Below the pieces are notes generated by a model. It had not been told where the DNA came from. It searched no databases and worked only from the letters and a program-made list of their open reading frames with translations. DNA of 64,000 nt. It comes from Spirochaetia bacterium (GTDB lineage: Bacteria > Spirochaetota > Spirochaetia > DSM-2461). Numbering within the stretch: the stretch's first letter is position 1; the number at the start of each line of letters is the position of its first letter. The stretch spans positions 768,001-832,000 of the forward strand of contig CAXXIA010000001.1 of assembly GCA_963666985.2 (NCBI GenBank), in the 5' to 3' direction. Both the position numbers and the translations under genes were made by a program. Positions 30,419 through 39,743 of the stretch are shown here, in pieces.

Positions 30419-31471
30419 TTATTGATTTGCAATGCGTTGTATGTTTCTCGCTATAACATATGCTAATCTGGGTGGAACAGCGTTTCCAATCATTCGAGCA
30501 ATCTTATCTAGTACGTCCGAATAGAATACATAGTTGGAATCAAATGTTTGAAGAGTTGCACCCTCACGAATTGAAATAGCTCGGTCCTGTTCGGGATGCC
30601 CAAATCGTCCATTTGATAAACTTCTAAACTTTGTAGTAATTGTCGGCGAGGGCCTGTCCCAATACATCCTTCCGTAGACATCTGTATGTCCAGTATGGAA
30701 TCTGTAACAGTCCAATTGGAGTTCAGCATCAGTTTGCCATGAAATACGATTTCCACCATCATGAGGGGTTTTTTTTAGCCGCTGAAGATTTCTTTTAGAT
30801 AAAGACGCAGAAGTATGCTGCTTGGGTGAGTAATCGCAGTGCCCAGCAGTAATAGGAGGAAACAAATGATAATCACCTATAGCATCTCGAACCGTTTTGG
30901 AGGAAAAAAATTCTTTAAAACTCAATTCAAAATCATTAACAAGTCGAGTTGCTAACAATATATAGCGAAGACGTGATTGTGGTACGCCAATTTCTTTTAC
31001 ATTGAAGTTTCCATCTCGATAGATATACCCTTTCACCTCTAACATTTTCTTGAAACGACCAATTGGACTTTCAGGATTCTTTTCAAAGCCTGGAACATTT
31101 TCTATAAAAACAAAACCTGGGTTGGCATATGCAACATGCTCCAGAAAGTCGTCCAATAACAAACGAGTAGAAGAAGATTTCTCTTTGCTGGTTTGAATTT
31201 TAGAATAATACTGACACGGACTACAACCAACATAAATCAATGAGTCATCATTTCTTTTTAATCTAAGCGAATTAACTACTAGATCAGGTGTAAGATTCGT
31301 AATATCTTCATTAATAAATAGTGTTTTATTATTTATTTCATATGTCTGTTGGCATTCAGAATCAACATCAATACCGGCCAATACGTTGATGCCTGCTTGT
31401 TTAAATCCAGCAGTAACACCGCCAGCACCTGAGAAAAAATCAATAGCTTTTAAGGGGGTATTATGGATCAC
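30419..31471 (-). CDS. DNA (cytosine-5)-methyltransferase
   Basis: Motif I DFFSGAGG, IV GCSPCQ, VI ENVPG, VIII VPQSRLR, X IGNAVPP. Confidence 0.95.
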   Translation of the reverse strand: MIHNTPLKAIDFFSGAGGVTAGFKQAGINVLAGIDVDSECQQTYEINNKTLFINEDITNLTPDLVVNSLRLKRNDDSLIYVGCSPCQYYSKIQTSKEKSSSTRLLLDDFLEHVAYANPGFVFIENVPGFEKNPESPIGRFKKMLEVKGYIYRDGNFNVKEIGVPQSRLRYILLATRLVNDFELSFKEFFSSKTVRDAIGDYHLFPPITAGHCDYSPKQHTSASLSKRNLQRLKKTPHDGGNRISWQTDAELQLDCYRFHTGHTDVYGRMYWDRPSPTITTKFRSLSNGRFGHPEQDRAISIREGATLQTFDSNYVFYSDVLDKIARMIGNAVPPRLAYVIARNIQRIANQ

Positions 31472-32507
31472 AGCTCTTTTTTCTCTCTTCGATTAATATT
31501 CCCGCTATCGAACTATAGTCAATATCAGGAAGTCCAGGCCTACCTATATAATTAATCAATTTCCATGCAACATTTTCCCTAAAGGGGCTATCAATACTTA
31601 AAAAACGTTTCCAGGGAGAAGTTTGATCAAAGAACTCCTTATGTGGAACAGTATATAATTTTTTCAGATCAATATATGAATTACAAAAAATCTCAGGAAT
31701 CTCAGGAAGAAATATTGTCGAAGGATGATTCTTCAATTTTTCAATAAGTTTTTCCACTTTTGTTGAGATTTCGAAGAAATCAGGATCAAATGGCAGAACG
31801 TCCGCAACAATAACGTTATCAACTTTTACCTGACGTCCACCTAGGGTTGAAAGATCACATGAAGGGGTAAGCATCATTCGATATACTTTCAACTTTTCTT
31901 GATTTCTGCAAAGAATATCACCAAACAATATTTGATCATCAATAGGCGGGAAAATATATTGCGCTACAGGCGGCAATTTATGGTTATGGTCTCGTTCTAT
32001 CGTTGCAGATACCCTTCGTCTCATTAGATGGCGAAATAATTCTAGCTTGTTACTTGCATTCTTAGGTTCTATTGCGGAAGCTGACTCTTTGAAAGAAATG
32101 CGAATTTGTTCATCTATTTCCTGGAATAGTTCATGTTTAATTTTTACAAAAGGTTCAATTTGTTTGATTTTTTCAATGACTTCCTTTTTGGCACTCGAGT
32201 CAGATCCCTTTTTAATTTTATATACAAATGAAGCTTCTTGTGGAAGTTTTTCAGGAGCTGCCGAATAGACAATAATCGGACAGAAACTATGATCCCATAT
32301 TTCATTATATTCATCATTACCCAGAGGTATTCCTGAATCTACAGGACCACTCATTAGGTCTAATATGATACAATCAGGGTCAAATGATTTAATTTCATCA
32401 ATTTCTACGCTGAAATCTTTTACTTCAAGTTCTGTGGAGTACTCCTCAAGATCAATTCGAAGAAGTTCTGCATTATCCATGTCATCTTCGATTATTAGTA
32501 TTTTCAT
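31461..32507 (-). CDS. Response-regulator receiver domain fused to uncharacterised C-terminal domain
   Basis: MKILIIEDD, IILDLM (phosphoacceptor Asp), PIIVYSA, KIKK; C-terminal FGDIL...LTPSCDL...SPFRE...RPGLP. Confidence 0.82.
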   Translation of the reverse strand: MKILIIEDDMDNAELLRIDLEEYSTELEVKDFSVEIDEIKSFDPDCIILDLMSGPVDSGIPLGNDEYNEIWDHSFCPIIVYSAAPEKLPQEASFVYKIKKGSDSSAKKEVIEKIKQIEPFVKIKHELFQEIDEQIRISFKESASAIEPKNASNKLELFRHLMRRRVSATIERDHNHKLPPVAQYIFPPIDDQILFGDILCRNQEKLKVYRMMLTPSCDLSTLGGRQVKVDNVIVADVLPFDPDFFEISTKVEKLIEKLKNHPSTIFLPEIPEIFCNSYIDLKKLYTVPHKEFFDQTSPWKRFLSIDSPFRENVAWKLINYIGRPGLPDIDYSSIAGILIEERKKSCDP

Positions 32508-34627
32508 TTTATCAACCTCTCGGGAAAATCAAATTCAATAGAAAAGCCTCCCAACCGTCCGGGTGTAACAATTTTCACCTTACCTTCATACTCAACAACA
32601 ATTTCAGAAACAACACACAATCCCATACCTATTCCACCAGGTTTTGTTGTTACCCCAGGCAACAAAATACGCGATGGATCATCTATATCTATCCCAGGCC
32701 CATTATCATTAAAAATGATTCTAGTTCCTGATTTGTATTTTATTGATGTAATCGAAATCATCCTTTCATATTTTACTTTTGAAAGCCAGTAAAGTGAGTT
32801 GTTAAAAAGATTGATAAATACTGTTTCAAGCTCTCCCGGATCTACATTAATAGAATTCACCTTTATGTTTGTTTTTATATCAATTTTAAGTTTTTTAATA
32901 TCTCCGGCAAAATAGGTACTACAATTATTTATTATGGTTGAAATACTTGATGATCTATCGGTTCGTTTAAATGAACGATTTGCTAGTGGATTAAAAGTAT
33001 CAGCAAGTTCTTCAAGTTTCTTGACTGCGTTATCAGCAAGGAGTAAAAACTTTTTTGCCTTTTGTGGCAGTGGTATATTTTCTTCATTGAAAACAGAAAG
33101 GAGTCGACCAATAACGGAAGTTCTGTTTCTTATTTCATGAATAATATATAGTGCAATACTTCCTACTGTTGCGAGGCGACTATAATAGCTAAAGCGTTCT
33201 TGAATTTCCTCGGATGCATTATCGATATCTTCACTTAATCTCTCAATTATTGGGATAGCATCACTTATTGGTGCGTTTTCTTTTGAAAGAGATTCGATAT
33301 CATCAAGAAAAGAATCAATACGCGATTTGTTAAAAAGATCTCTGACGGCATCTTTTTTTTCGGACTGCTTTCTCTGATTTCTATAGTTTTCAAGAATTCG
33401 TACAATTGAGATAAGTAAGGAAGTAAACTCAATTGAGTATTTATTTTTTACAAGATTTTCTCTATCACTTGCATCCTTAATTCCTTTGTTAGTGTCTGCT
33501 TCAATTGATACATAGCCGACTATTTGGCTAGTACTTAATCTGGTTCCAATACTACTGACTCTTCGTAAATCAAGTCCTAGCCAATCTCTATTATTCTCGT
33601 TCTTTGGAAGTACTAAGATATCATCTCTATATAAAGAAATACCCATATACGTTCGGATGGATTCCCGAATTTTGCGTTTGCCTATACTATATTTATCTTC
33701 AATGTCTTGAATCCCTTCTTTATCAATATCCCAAGTTCGGATATCAAACTTGAAAGGACCTATTGAAGGTATATCAGAAAAAGTTCTCTTTTCTTGTAGT
33801 GGTGGGCTGGTTAAAAACTGTGTCCATGTAAAAATATCATCCTCATGTGAGTTGTGACTTTCATCTTGATAATTTTTATATTCATATGTATATGAAACCT
33901 GTTTTTCAACAGGGTTAAATTCTCCTACTATTCTGTGATTAGGATTATTAAGAAAAGCTGGAGCCTCAATCCTAGCTGGTTCTTCAAGAAGATGATTAGG
34001 CCTTTTTAGAAATATTTGAAAATTCTTTGAATCCCAGAATGGTGACACCATTCTAGATAAACTTTCAGTCAATTCTTCTATTTCAGAGGAATCCCAATTG
34101 TCAAAAAGATCATATATCTCGATACGGGTTCCTGTATCTCTTTTTGATGTTGTAAAATGTTCATGTTCAACTTTAATCTTACAGTTATTTAGTGATTTTT
34201 CCTTAAATAGATCTGGCCATCTTACTCGGATGGCGTTATTTTCATACTTGGTTTTTGTTGTTATGTATGCTTCCGAACCAAGTCGCGCCAGAGATAGTCT
34301 TCCCAGTCCCTTTTCTCCAGATACTCTTCGTGTTTTTCCATCTAACATTGTAATAGTGTTATTTAGTTTGTTCGGTGTTCCGACTACAGACCAAACATTT
34401 TTAATAACATCAAGAGTCATGCCAGATCCGTCATCCACAACACATAAGAATAGGCCGTGCTCTTTACTTGATGAAAACTCAATCTGGACATAGCTAGCAA
34501 ATGCGTCATATGCGTTTTTTGCAAGCTCGATAACTGCTACCACGCTACTTGTTACTAGATCTTTTCCTAGAGCCTCAAGAGCTCGTGGATGCATTTCTAT
34601 ATTTATTTCCTGATTCGACAAAGACAT
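32504..34627 (-). CDS. MORC-like GHKL ATPase fused to histidine kinase
   Basis: N-terminal ELAKNAYDA, DDGSGM, GEKGLGRLS, TGTRIEI; C-terminal H-box HEIRN, NLFNNS, DNGPGI, TTKPGGIGMGL; no TM. Confidence 0.88.
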   Translation of the reverse strand: MSLSNQEINIEMHPRALEALGKDLVTSSVVAVIELAKNAYDAFASYVQIEFSSSKEHGLFLCVVDDGSGMTLDVIKNVWSVVGTPNKLNNTITMLDGKTRRVSGEKGLGRLSLARLGSEAYITTKTKYENNAIRVRWPDLFKEKSLNNCKIKVEHEHFTTSKRDTGTRIEIYDLFDNWDSSEIEELTESLSRMVSPFWDSKNFQIFLKRPNHLLEEPARIEAPAFLNNPNHRIVGEFNPVEKQVSYTYEYKNYQDESHNSHEDDIFTWTQFLTSPPLQEKRTFSDIPSIGPFKFDIRTWDIDKEGIQDIEDKYSIGKRKIRESIRTYMGISLYRDDILVLPKNENNRDWLGLDLRRVSSIGTRLSTSQIVGYVSIEADTNKGIKDASDRENLVKNKYSIEFTSLLISIVRILENYRNQRKQSEKKDAVRDLFNKSRIDSFLDDIESLSKENAPISDAIPIIERLSEDIDNASEEIQERFSYYSRLATVGSIALYIIHEIRNRTSVIGRLLSVFNEENIPLPQKAKKFLLLADNAVKKLEELADTFNPLANRSFKRTDRSSSISTIINNCSTYFAGDIKKLKIDIKTNIKVNSINVDPGELETVFINLFNNSLYWLSKVKYERMISITSIKYKSGTRIIFNDNGPGIDIDDPSRILLPGVTTKPGGIGMGLCVVSEIVVEYEGKVKIVTPGRLGGFSIEFDFPERLIK

Positions 34628-34661
34628 AGATTCACCAATAGCCTTTAATAATTGGATTATA

Positions 34662-35081
34662 TCATGTATTCATATTATGATGATCAAGGAATTGCATAAC
34701 CTTTTGAACGCATGATTCAATATCATTTTCAATTTCGTGTTCCCAGAAACGGAGTACTTTCCACCCCAAAGCTTGTAGTTCTTTGTTTATTTCTTTGTCG
34801 TGTTCGATGTTCCTTTCAATTTTTTTGACCCAGAAATCACGATTCTGTTTCAGGTCCGATTGTCTTTCTTCCCATTGATAGCCATGCCAGAAATGAGAAT
34901 CACAAAATATAGCAATTCTTTGTTTAAGAAGGACATAATCTGGTTTCCCTGGGAGTTTTTTATATTGTTTTCTGTATCGTAGTCCTGCTTTCCACAATGC
35001 TTTCCCCAGTGCCCGTTCGATTCTTGATCCAGATGCCTTCACAGCTCTCATGTTATTTCGAATATGCTGACGATCTCTCAT
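34662..35081 (-). CDS. vsr: Very-short-patch repair endonuclease
   Basis: NMRAVK..GS.IE, GLRYR..LPGKPD, IFCDSHFWHG, FW..KIERN..D, GWKVLRFWE. Confidence 0.93.
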   Translation of the reverse strand: MRDRQHIRNNMRAVKASGSRIERALGKALWKAGLRYRKQYKKLPGKPDYVLLKQRIAIFCDSHFWHGYQWEERQSDLKQNRDFWVKKIERNIEHDKEINKELQALGWKVLRFWEHEIENDIESCVQKVMQFLDHHNMNT

Positions 35082-35269
35082 AACACTGTTGTATATCGGT
35101 CAATTGATTATAATATCTCACAATTCTAATCGAGATATTTAAAATACAGCCATTAAACTTAACACTACTATCATAATTTAAGGACTTTACCCGTCTTCTC
35201 AAGAATTCCATGTCATTTCGAAAGTCATTAACCATTGTTCAGCCGCCGTATAAAACCAAAGATCTAATA

Positions 35270-35674
35270 TTATTTTCTTACAAACTTTAGCTTTATACTC
35301 CCCTCACCAGTTATCTTCCCGCCGGTTCCAAGGAACGATATGCTTCCTTCCGCCCCAATGACCAAGTTCATCTCAATTTCATCTACCTTGAAGCGTGTTT
35401 CATTAGTTTCGGTTTTCAGTAATACCTTTTGCATGTGATGAGTGAATAGCTCAAATTCATTTTCAAGAGTTGTTGGTGAGAACTTTTGGACATGACCACG
35501 CTGACCTGGTTTAAGCCTCCCAGTAAAATCAAAATTCTTCAGTTGGTCTGTTTCAAAACCTTCTTGAGGACCGACGAGAGTGTGTACATGATAGTCCTTT
35601 AACTTAGCATCAATGGGGGAGTCGGTAGTAGCCTCATCGACTAACACACTGAATTGATATTCTTCTTCAGCCAT
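35270..35674 (-). CDS. Pepco/Trypco-like (peptidase-co-occurring) small domain protein
   Basis: C-terminal VDEIEMNLVIGAEGSISFLGTGGKITGEGSIKLKF pattern; RBS GGAGG. Confidence 0.6.
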   Translation of the reverse strand: MAEEEYQFSVLVDEATTDSPIDAKLKDYHVHTLVGPQEGFETDQLKNFDFTGRLKPGQRGHVQKFSPTTLENEFELFTHHMQKVLLKTETNETRFKVDEIEMNLVIGAEGSISFLGTGGKITGEGSIKLKFVRK

Positions 35675-35685
35675 GGAATCCTCCG

Positions 35686-35903
35686 TTACTCATCTTCCTT
35701 TTCCTCCGTCTCCGACCTTGCTCTTTCCTTGAAGCGTTCGTGGTCTTCAGCAAGATCACCAGCCATTGCACGGCCGCCATACTCCACCAGTGCACTGATG
35801 GCCTCGCCAACGGGGTGACACCGGTCTCAGACTTGTATCCCTCAATGTAGAGTAGGGCGGTCTCGGAGAAGCCTATCCGTTCAAGCCTTCTACAGATATT
35901 CAT
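35686..35903 (-). pseudogene. Frameshifted ribbon-helix-helix-like small protein
   Basis: A one-base shift in the C4 run near 35812-35815 joins RIGFSETALLYIEGYKSETGVT to VGEAISALVEYG...KEDE*, ending just before next gene's RBS. Confidence 0.4.
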
Positions 35904-36002
35904 TCCCTATAAGGATACATTCGCTTATCTTATAATTCCAGAAAAGATTTTCTGAATAGAACCAGAACGCATCAACAGCTGTTATGTATAATTACAGATC
36001 TA

Positions 36003-36668
36003 TCATGACTTAATTCTCTTTATTACTTCTTTTACCATTTCTGAAGAAAAGTTACTAATTAATGTATCGAAAGTTTTATACCCATGACGACAACTAGGAT
36101 GATGGTAATCAATTACTAAACGTTTATCAGATAGAAATATCCATGTATCAATTCTCTCTGAGTTGTAGAAAAAATCAAATGATTTGTTTGTTTCTCCACA
36201 AAAAGTTATTTGAGGAGCAGTTAAATCTATTTGTCTTTTTATGAAATCACAATCATTTCTTGCAAATTCAAATATTTCAGAATCATCAGAAATTGATTTG
36301 TTTTCTATTTTCTTTTTTATATTAATATAGGCTATAGATATTACTGGTTTTTCTTTAGCAATCATAGCATCATATTTAGTTATCTCTTCTTCATTCCAAG
36401 CCTTATATGCAATATAGTACCATCCGGAAATTAATCTCCAAAAGGTATTACTATTACCACTTGGCCCATAACCATCAGATCCCTTTTTTATGGGAGCAAT
36501 TTGTTCAAAATCATCATTACTTTCCTTTAATAAGAATAAAATATTTGGAGTACTTTCGGTGTAGGATATTTCATCTAATATACCATCCATAACAAATCGT
36601 TTGTATTCGGGTCGGTTCGCCTTCCATTCTTCAAGTAGTTCTTTTTGACTTTCCATAATTGACGACAT
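36003..36668 (-). CDS. Uracil-DNA glycosylase-superfamily-like protein
   Basis: ILFLLKESN, IAYINIKK, QIDL..P, IDYHHPS motifs in UDG-fold order. Confidence 0.55.
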   Translation of the reverse strand: MSSIMESQKELLEEWKANRPEYKRFVMDGILDEISYTESTPNILFLLKESNDDFEQIAPIKKGSDGYGPSGNSNTFWRLISGWYYIAYKAWNEEEITKYDAMIAKEKPVISIAYINIKKKIENKSISDDSEIFEFARNDCDFIKRQIDLTAPQITFCGETNKSFDFFYNSERIDTWIFLSDKRLVIDYHHPSCRHGYKTFDTLISNFSSEMVKEVIKRIKS

Positions 36669-36693
36669 TTTTCGCCACTCCTTCCTGAGTACT

Positions 36694-37737
36694 TCAATTT
36701 GTTGCAGATTTTCTTAATATTTCAACGATTCCTACCTTTATATAGTTCTGTAGTTGTTCAATATTTCCGCTGTCTATTGCATAATCAATATCAGATTGAG
36801 TAGTTTCTGGGTTCAGAATCTTAAACTGCTTGATTTGTTCCTCATTAAAATCATCAGCTTTGTGATATGCTTCAAGTATTTTTATGAAGAACAATCGGCT
36901 GCCAACGAGATGAAAAAAACCGCCATAGTCTCTAACCTTTGCAGGTGTGGTTACACCATTTGTTCGATTTTCAATAGACAACAAGGAGTAGGTGACTGTT
37001 CCTTCGACTTTTACCCCTAGAAACTTTATTTTAAATGGGATTCCCGTATTGAACCTTTCATTGTAGGACTGATTACCGTAATCAAGCTCATCAGTTTTGC
37101 CAACGAGAACTTTACTCGGACTATGCACATAGGGGAATGCTCCGTAGTGCTCATTGATATAACTAAGGTCGATCACAGCGTCTTGGCCTATAAGACTTAC
37201 TAATTCGGGAAGTGTATACTTTCCAATAACGACACCATTATTGAAGAATATGAGCTCATTGCTGGTACTCTGGAACGCTACTGAGTCTTTTATCCATTCG
37301 AAGGTATTATTGATAGAACTTGCTTTTTTTGTACCTTTAATACCAACGGAGATAATTTCTCCGTCTTTTCCAACAGCGACCCATTCGTCGATGGGTTTGT
37401 CGAAATCATATTTTGTTTCTAGGTCATCAGAAAAAGAATCGTGTATATTATTTGTCGCGAAGAAGGCTCCAACAACAAAGACCGCAAAAACGGCAATTGG
37501 GCCAGAAAGCGTTCCAAGCTTTGTTGCAAATGTTGAATCATTTACTCGATATCCAAAACCGTTGACCAGTAGAATGGTAATAGCGAGGGAAATAGTTACA
37601 CTTGTAAGTGAAATAAAAACCTTGTTGTGAGTAGATATCCAGATGAAAATTAAGATACCAGTGATTACGGTAAAAGTCCCAACGATTATCCAAACCCCTC
37701 TTTTTTTCAAATCTGCAAAGATAGGGTTGTCACTCAT
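36694..37737 (-). CDS. Membrane protein of unknown function
   Basis: 347-aa ORF, three N-terminal hydrophobic segments then soluble domain. Confidence 0.7.
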   Translation of the reverse strand: MSDNPIFADLKKRGVWIIVGTFTVITGILIFIWISTHNKVFISLTSVTISLAITILLVNGFGYRVNDSTFATKLGTLSGPIAVFAVFVVGAFFATNNIHDSFSDDLETKYDFDKPIDEWVAVGKDGEIISVGIKGTKKASSINNTFEWIKDSVAFQSTSNELIFFNNGVVIGKYTLPELVSLIGQDAVIDLSYINEHYGAFPYVHSPSKVLVGKTDELDYGNQSYNERFNTGIPFKIKFLGVKVEGTVTYSLLSIENRTNGVTTPAKVRDYGGFFHLVGSRLFFIKILEAYHKADDFNEEQIKQFKILNPETTQSDIDYAIDSGNIEQLQNYIKVGIVEILRKSATN

Positions 37738-38065
37738 TTAATGCCCCCAGCGTTTCTGCTCTCTGATCTTGTGGATATTATTCAATTAATGATATATATC
37801 CTGAATATATGTACACCGAAGCGGTAGTAGTCTTAACTAGTTGATATTCTTCAGCTTACATTTCTGTTGATCAAGATAATGAGAGCAGCCATGAGAAATT
37901 TTCAATAGCGTACTTTCACCTGCTTTAGAATGCAATAAAAATATACATTTAGTCTTCTAATATGTATTCGTAATGCAGCATTATATCAGCTCTTTCTATC
38001 ACTATATTAGAAAATATTTAAAGATTAACCCGTATTAAGAACGATAAGATAGTAGGAGATGTCTA

Positions 38066-38404
38066 TTATCCGACATTCATGTTTGGTTTTTCAGATTCGT
38101 CGACCCATGCGGTAGCGATTTTAAGAAGATCATCAATCCGATTATCAGGAAGTTCTGCGGCAATCACGACGAGGTCCTTAAGCCTTTCAGGTACGAACGT
38201 GTCATCATGTTTCCCAGTGACAAGATATTCAACACTGGTGTGAAGAATCTGAGCGATTAATACGGCTTGATCAGCATTTGGCATTATCTTTCGTGAGATC
38301 CAACCCCTAAAAGTTCTATAACTCACGTCTATTTGATTCGCTACCCATTCTTGGGTTGTGTTTTCTTCTTTGATTTTATTTTTGAGCCTTTCCCAAAATG
38401 TCAT
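38066..38404 (-). CDS. XRE-family HTH phage repressor
   Basis: FWERLK..TQEWVA..IDVS.RT..GWI...P.AD...IA..LHTSVEYLVTG; divergent from early operon. Confidence 0.88.
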   Translation of the reverse strand: MTFWERLKNKIKEENTTQEWVANQIDVSYRTFRGWISRKIMPNADQAVLIAQILHTSVEYLVTGKHDDTFVPERLKDLVVIAAELPDNRIDDLLKIATAWVDESEKPNMNVG

Positions 38405-38426
38405 ACATCCATTATCGACTAAAAAA

Positions 38427-38508
38427 GACGCAGAAACGCGACAAAAATGCTTGACAAGTGCGCATAAATGGCCATATATACAAATGTATGACGCAGAAGT
38501 GCGACAAA
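38427..38508. promoter_or_regulatory. Lysis/lysogeny switch: operators and rightward promoter
   Basis: GACGCAGAAACGCGACAAA (38427-38445) and GACGCAGAAGTGCGACAAA (38490-38508) flank TTGACA (38451) and an AT-rich -10 (about 38475). Confidence 0.7.
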
Positions 38509-38517
38509 GAGAGGCCT

Positions 38518-38724
38518 ATGGTCAAGATCAAGGAATACCTGATTCAGAAACAGGGACAGAGGGGGCGGGTACTAACTCTTCCCAAGGTGTGGATTGATGA
38601 CAATGATCTCGAGTTCGGTGACTCTATCGAATACTACCGTGGAGAGATCGCTGAGCTTGAAGGGCGTGATGTTCTGGTACTTGCGGCCAAGAAAACAGGC
38701 CCGAACGATGAGGTCCCAGCATGA
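38518..38724 (+). CDS. AbrB/MazE-like DNA-binding protein (Cro position)
   Basis: QKQGQRGRVLTLPKVW..DNDLEFGDSIEY swapped-hairpin pattern; RBS GAGG. Confidence 0.65.
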   Translation: MVKIKEYLIQKQGQRGRVLTLPKVWIDDNDLEFGDSIEYYRGEIAELEGRDVLVLAAKKTGPNDEVPA

Positions 38725-38811
38725 TCACCCGCCAGCAGAAAAAAATTGAATTATTTCAATTCATAACTTCACAGTGCTTCGGATACCAATTACCCGAAAG
38801 GGAAAACTAGT

Positions 38812-39573
38812 ATGAGAACAATACCTCAAGTTTTTAATTTTCGTGGATCGGATATTCGGGAGGTTACGGATGAATATGGTGAGCCGTGGTTTGTAGCTAA
38901 GGATGTAACCGATATCCTCGAAATGTCGAATGGTAGAGAAGCCGTTCGTCAGCTAGATATAGATGAAAAAAGAACCGTCAGAATTACTGACGGTGGTCCC
39001 GAAAGGGCAATCATCAATGAATCCGGCCTGTATTCGCTTATTCTTCGGAGCCGGAAACCAGAAGCCAAAGCATTCAAAAAATGGATCACCTCTGAAGTTC
39101 TACCTTCGATTCGTAAGACGGGGAAGTATTCGACTAATATCCAACCTGTAGGCAGTGAAATTGAGATGGAACGGCAGACTCTTGAGGTGATTGCCTGGCA
39201 TCGGCAGAAAATGGGACTTCTTGAGGCCGAGAATGCATCCTTGAGGATTCGCGCCAACGTTGCGGATACCATCGCTGGGTCGAAAGGGTTGATCCTTCTT
39301 TCCGACGCTGGAAAGCAAATCTGTGGCCATCCCATCAAGTTCATCCAATGGGCCGAGGAATCCGGCATTCTTTTCCGCCGGAAGGGGGGCGATCCCCTTT
39401 TGCCGAAAGCCGAGTACGACAAGAAGTATTTCCAGGTCAATTCAAAGTCAGTCGACGGGTATCTGCGTGAACAGGTCTATCTCACGCCGCTTGGGCTGAC
39501 ATGGATCACGGCTCGATACAACCGGGACCACAGCCTTCTCAGTCTCGATTACACAGGAGGTGATGCCGCATGA
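38812..39573 (+). CDS. Bro-N domain phage antirepressor
   Basis: FNFRG..IR..GEPWFVAKDV, INESGLYSLILRSRKPEAKAFKKWITSEVLPSIRKTG.Y; KilAC-like tail. Confidence 0.92.
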   Translation: MRTIPQVFNFRGSDIREVTDEYGEPWFVAKDVTDILEMSNGREAVRQLDIDEKRTVRITDGGPERAIINESGLYSLILRSRKPEAKAFKKWITSEVLPSIRKTGKYSTNIQPVGSEIEMERQTLEVIAWHRQKMGLLEAENASLRIRANVADTIAGSKGLILLSDAGKQICGHPIKFIQWAEESGILFRRKGGDPLLPKAEYDKKYFQVNSKSVDGYLREQVYLTPLGLTWITARYNRDHSLLSLDYTGGDAA

Positions 39574-39743
39574 TTTTTCTCCATATCGACCAAGCCGCCG
39601 ATATTTTTCTGGCTCATCAGGGGAATAAAAAAGCGCAAGGAATTATCACCATCCGGGAGGCGGAACACTTTGTCCCGGCACAAACCTTCGAGCGATTCCT
39701 GGCGATCAATCAGATTCAAATCTACGGGGAGACACAGAGATGA
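39570..39743 (+). CDS. Small hypothetical phage protein (57 aa)
   Basis: ATGA overlaps with both neighbours; RBS AGGAGG. Confidence 0.5.
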   Translation: MIFLHIDQAADIFLAHQGNKKAQGIITIREAEHFVPAQTFERFLAINQIQIYGETQR

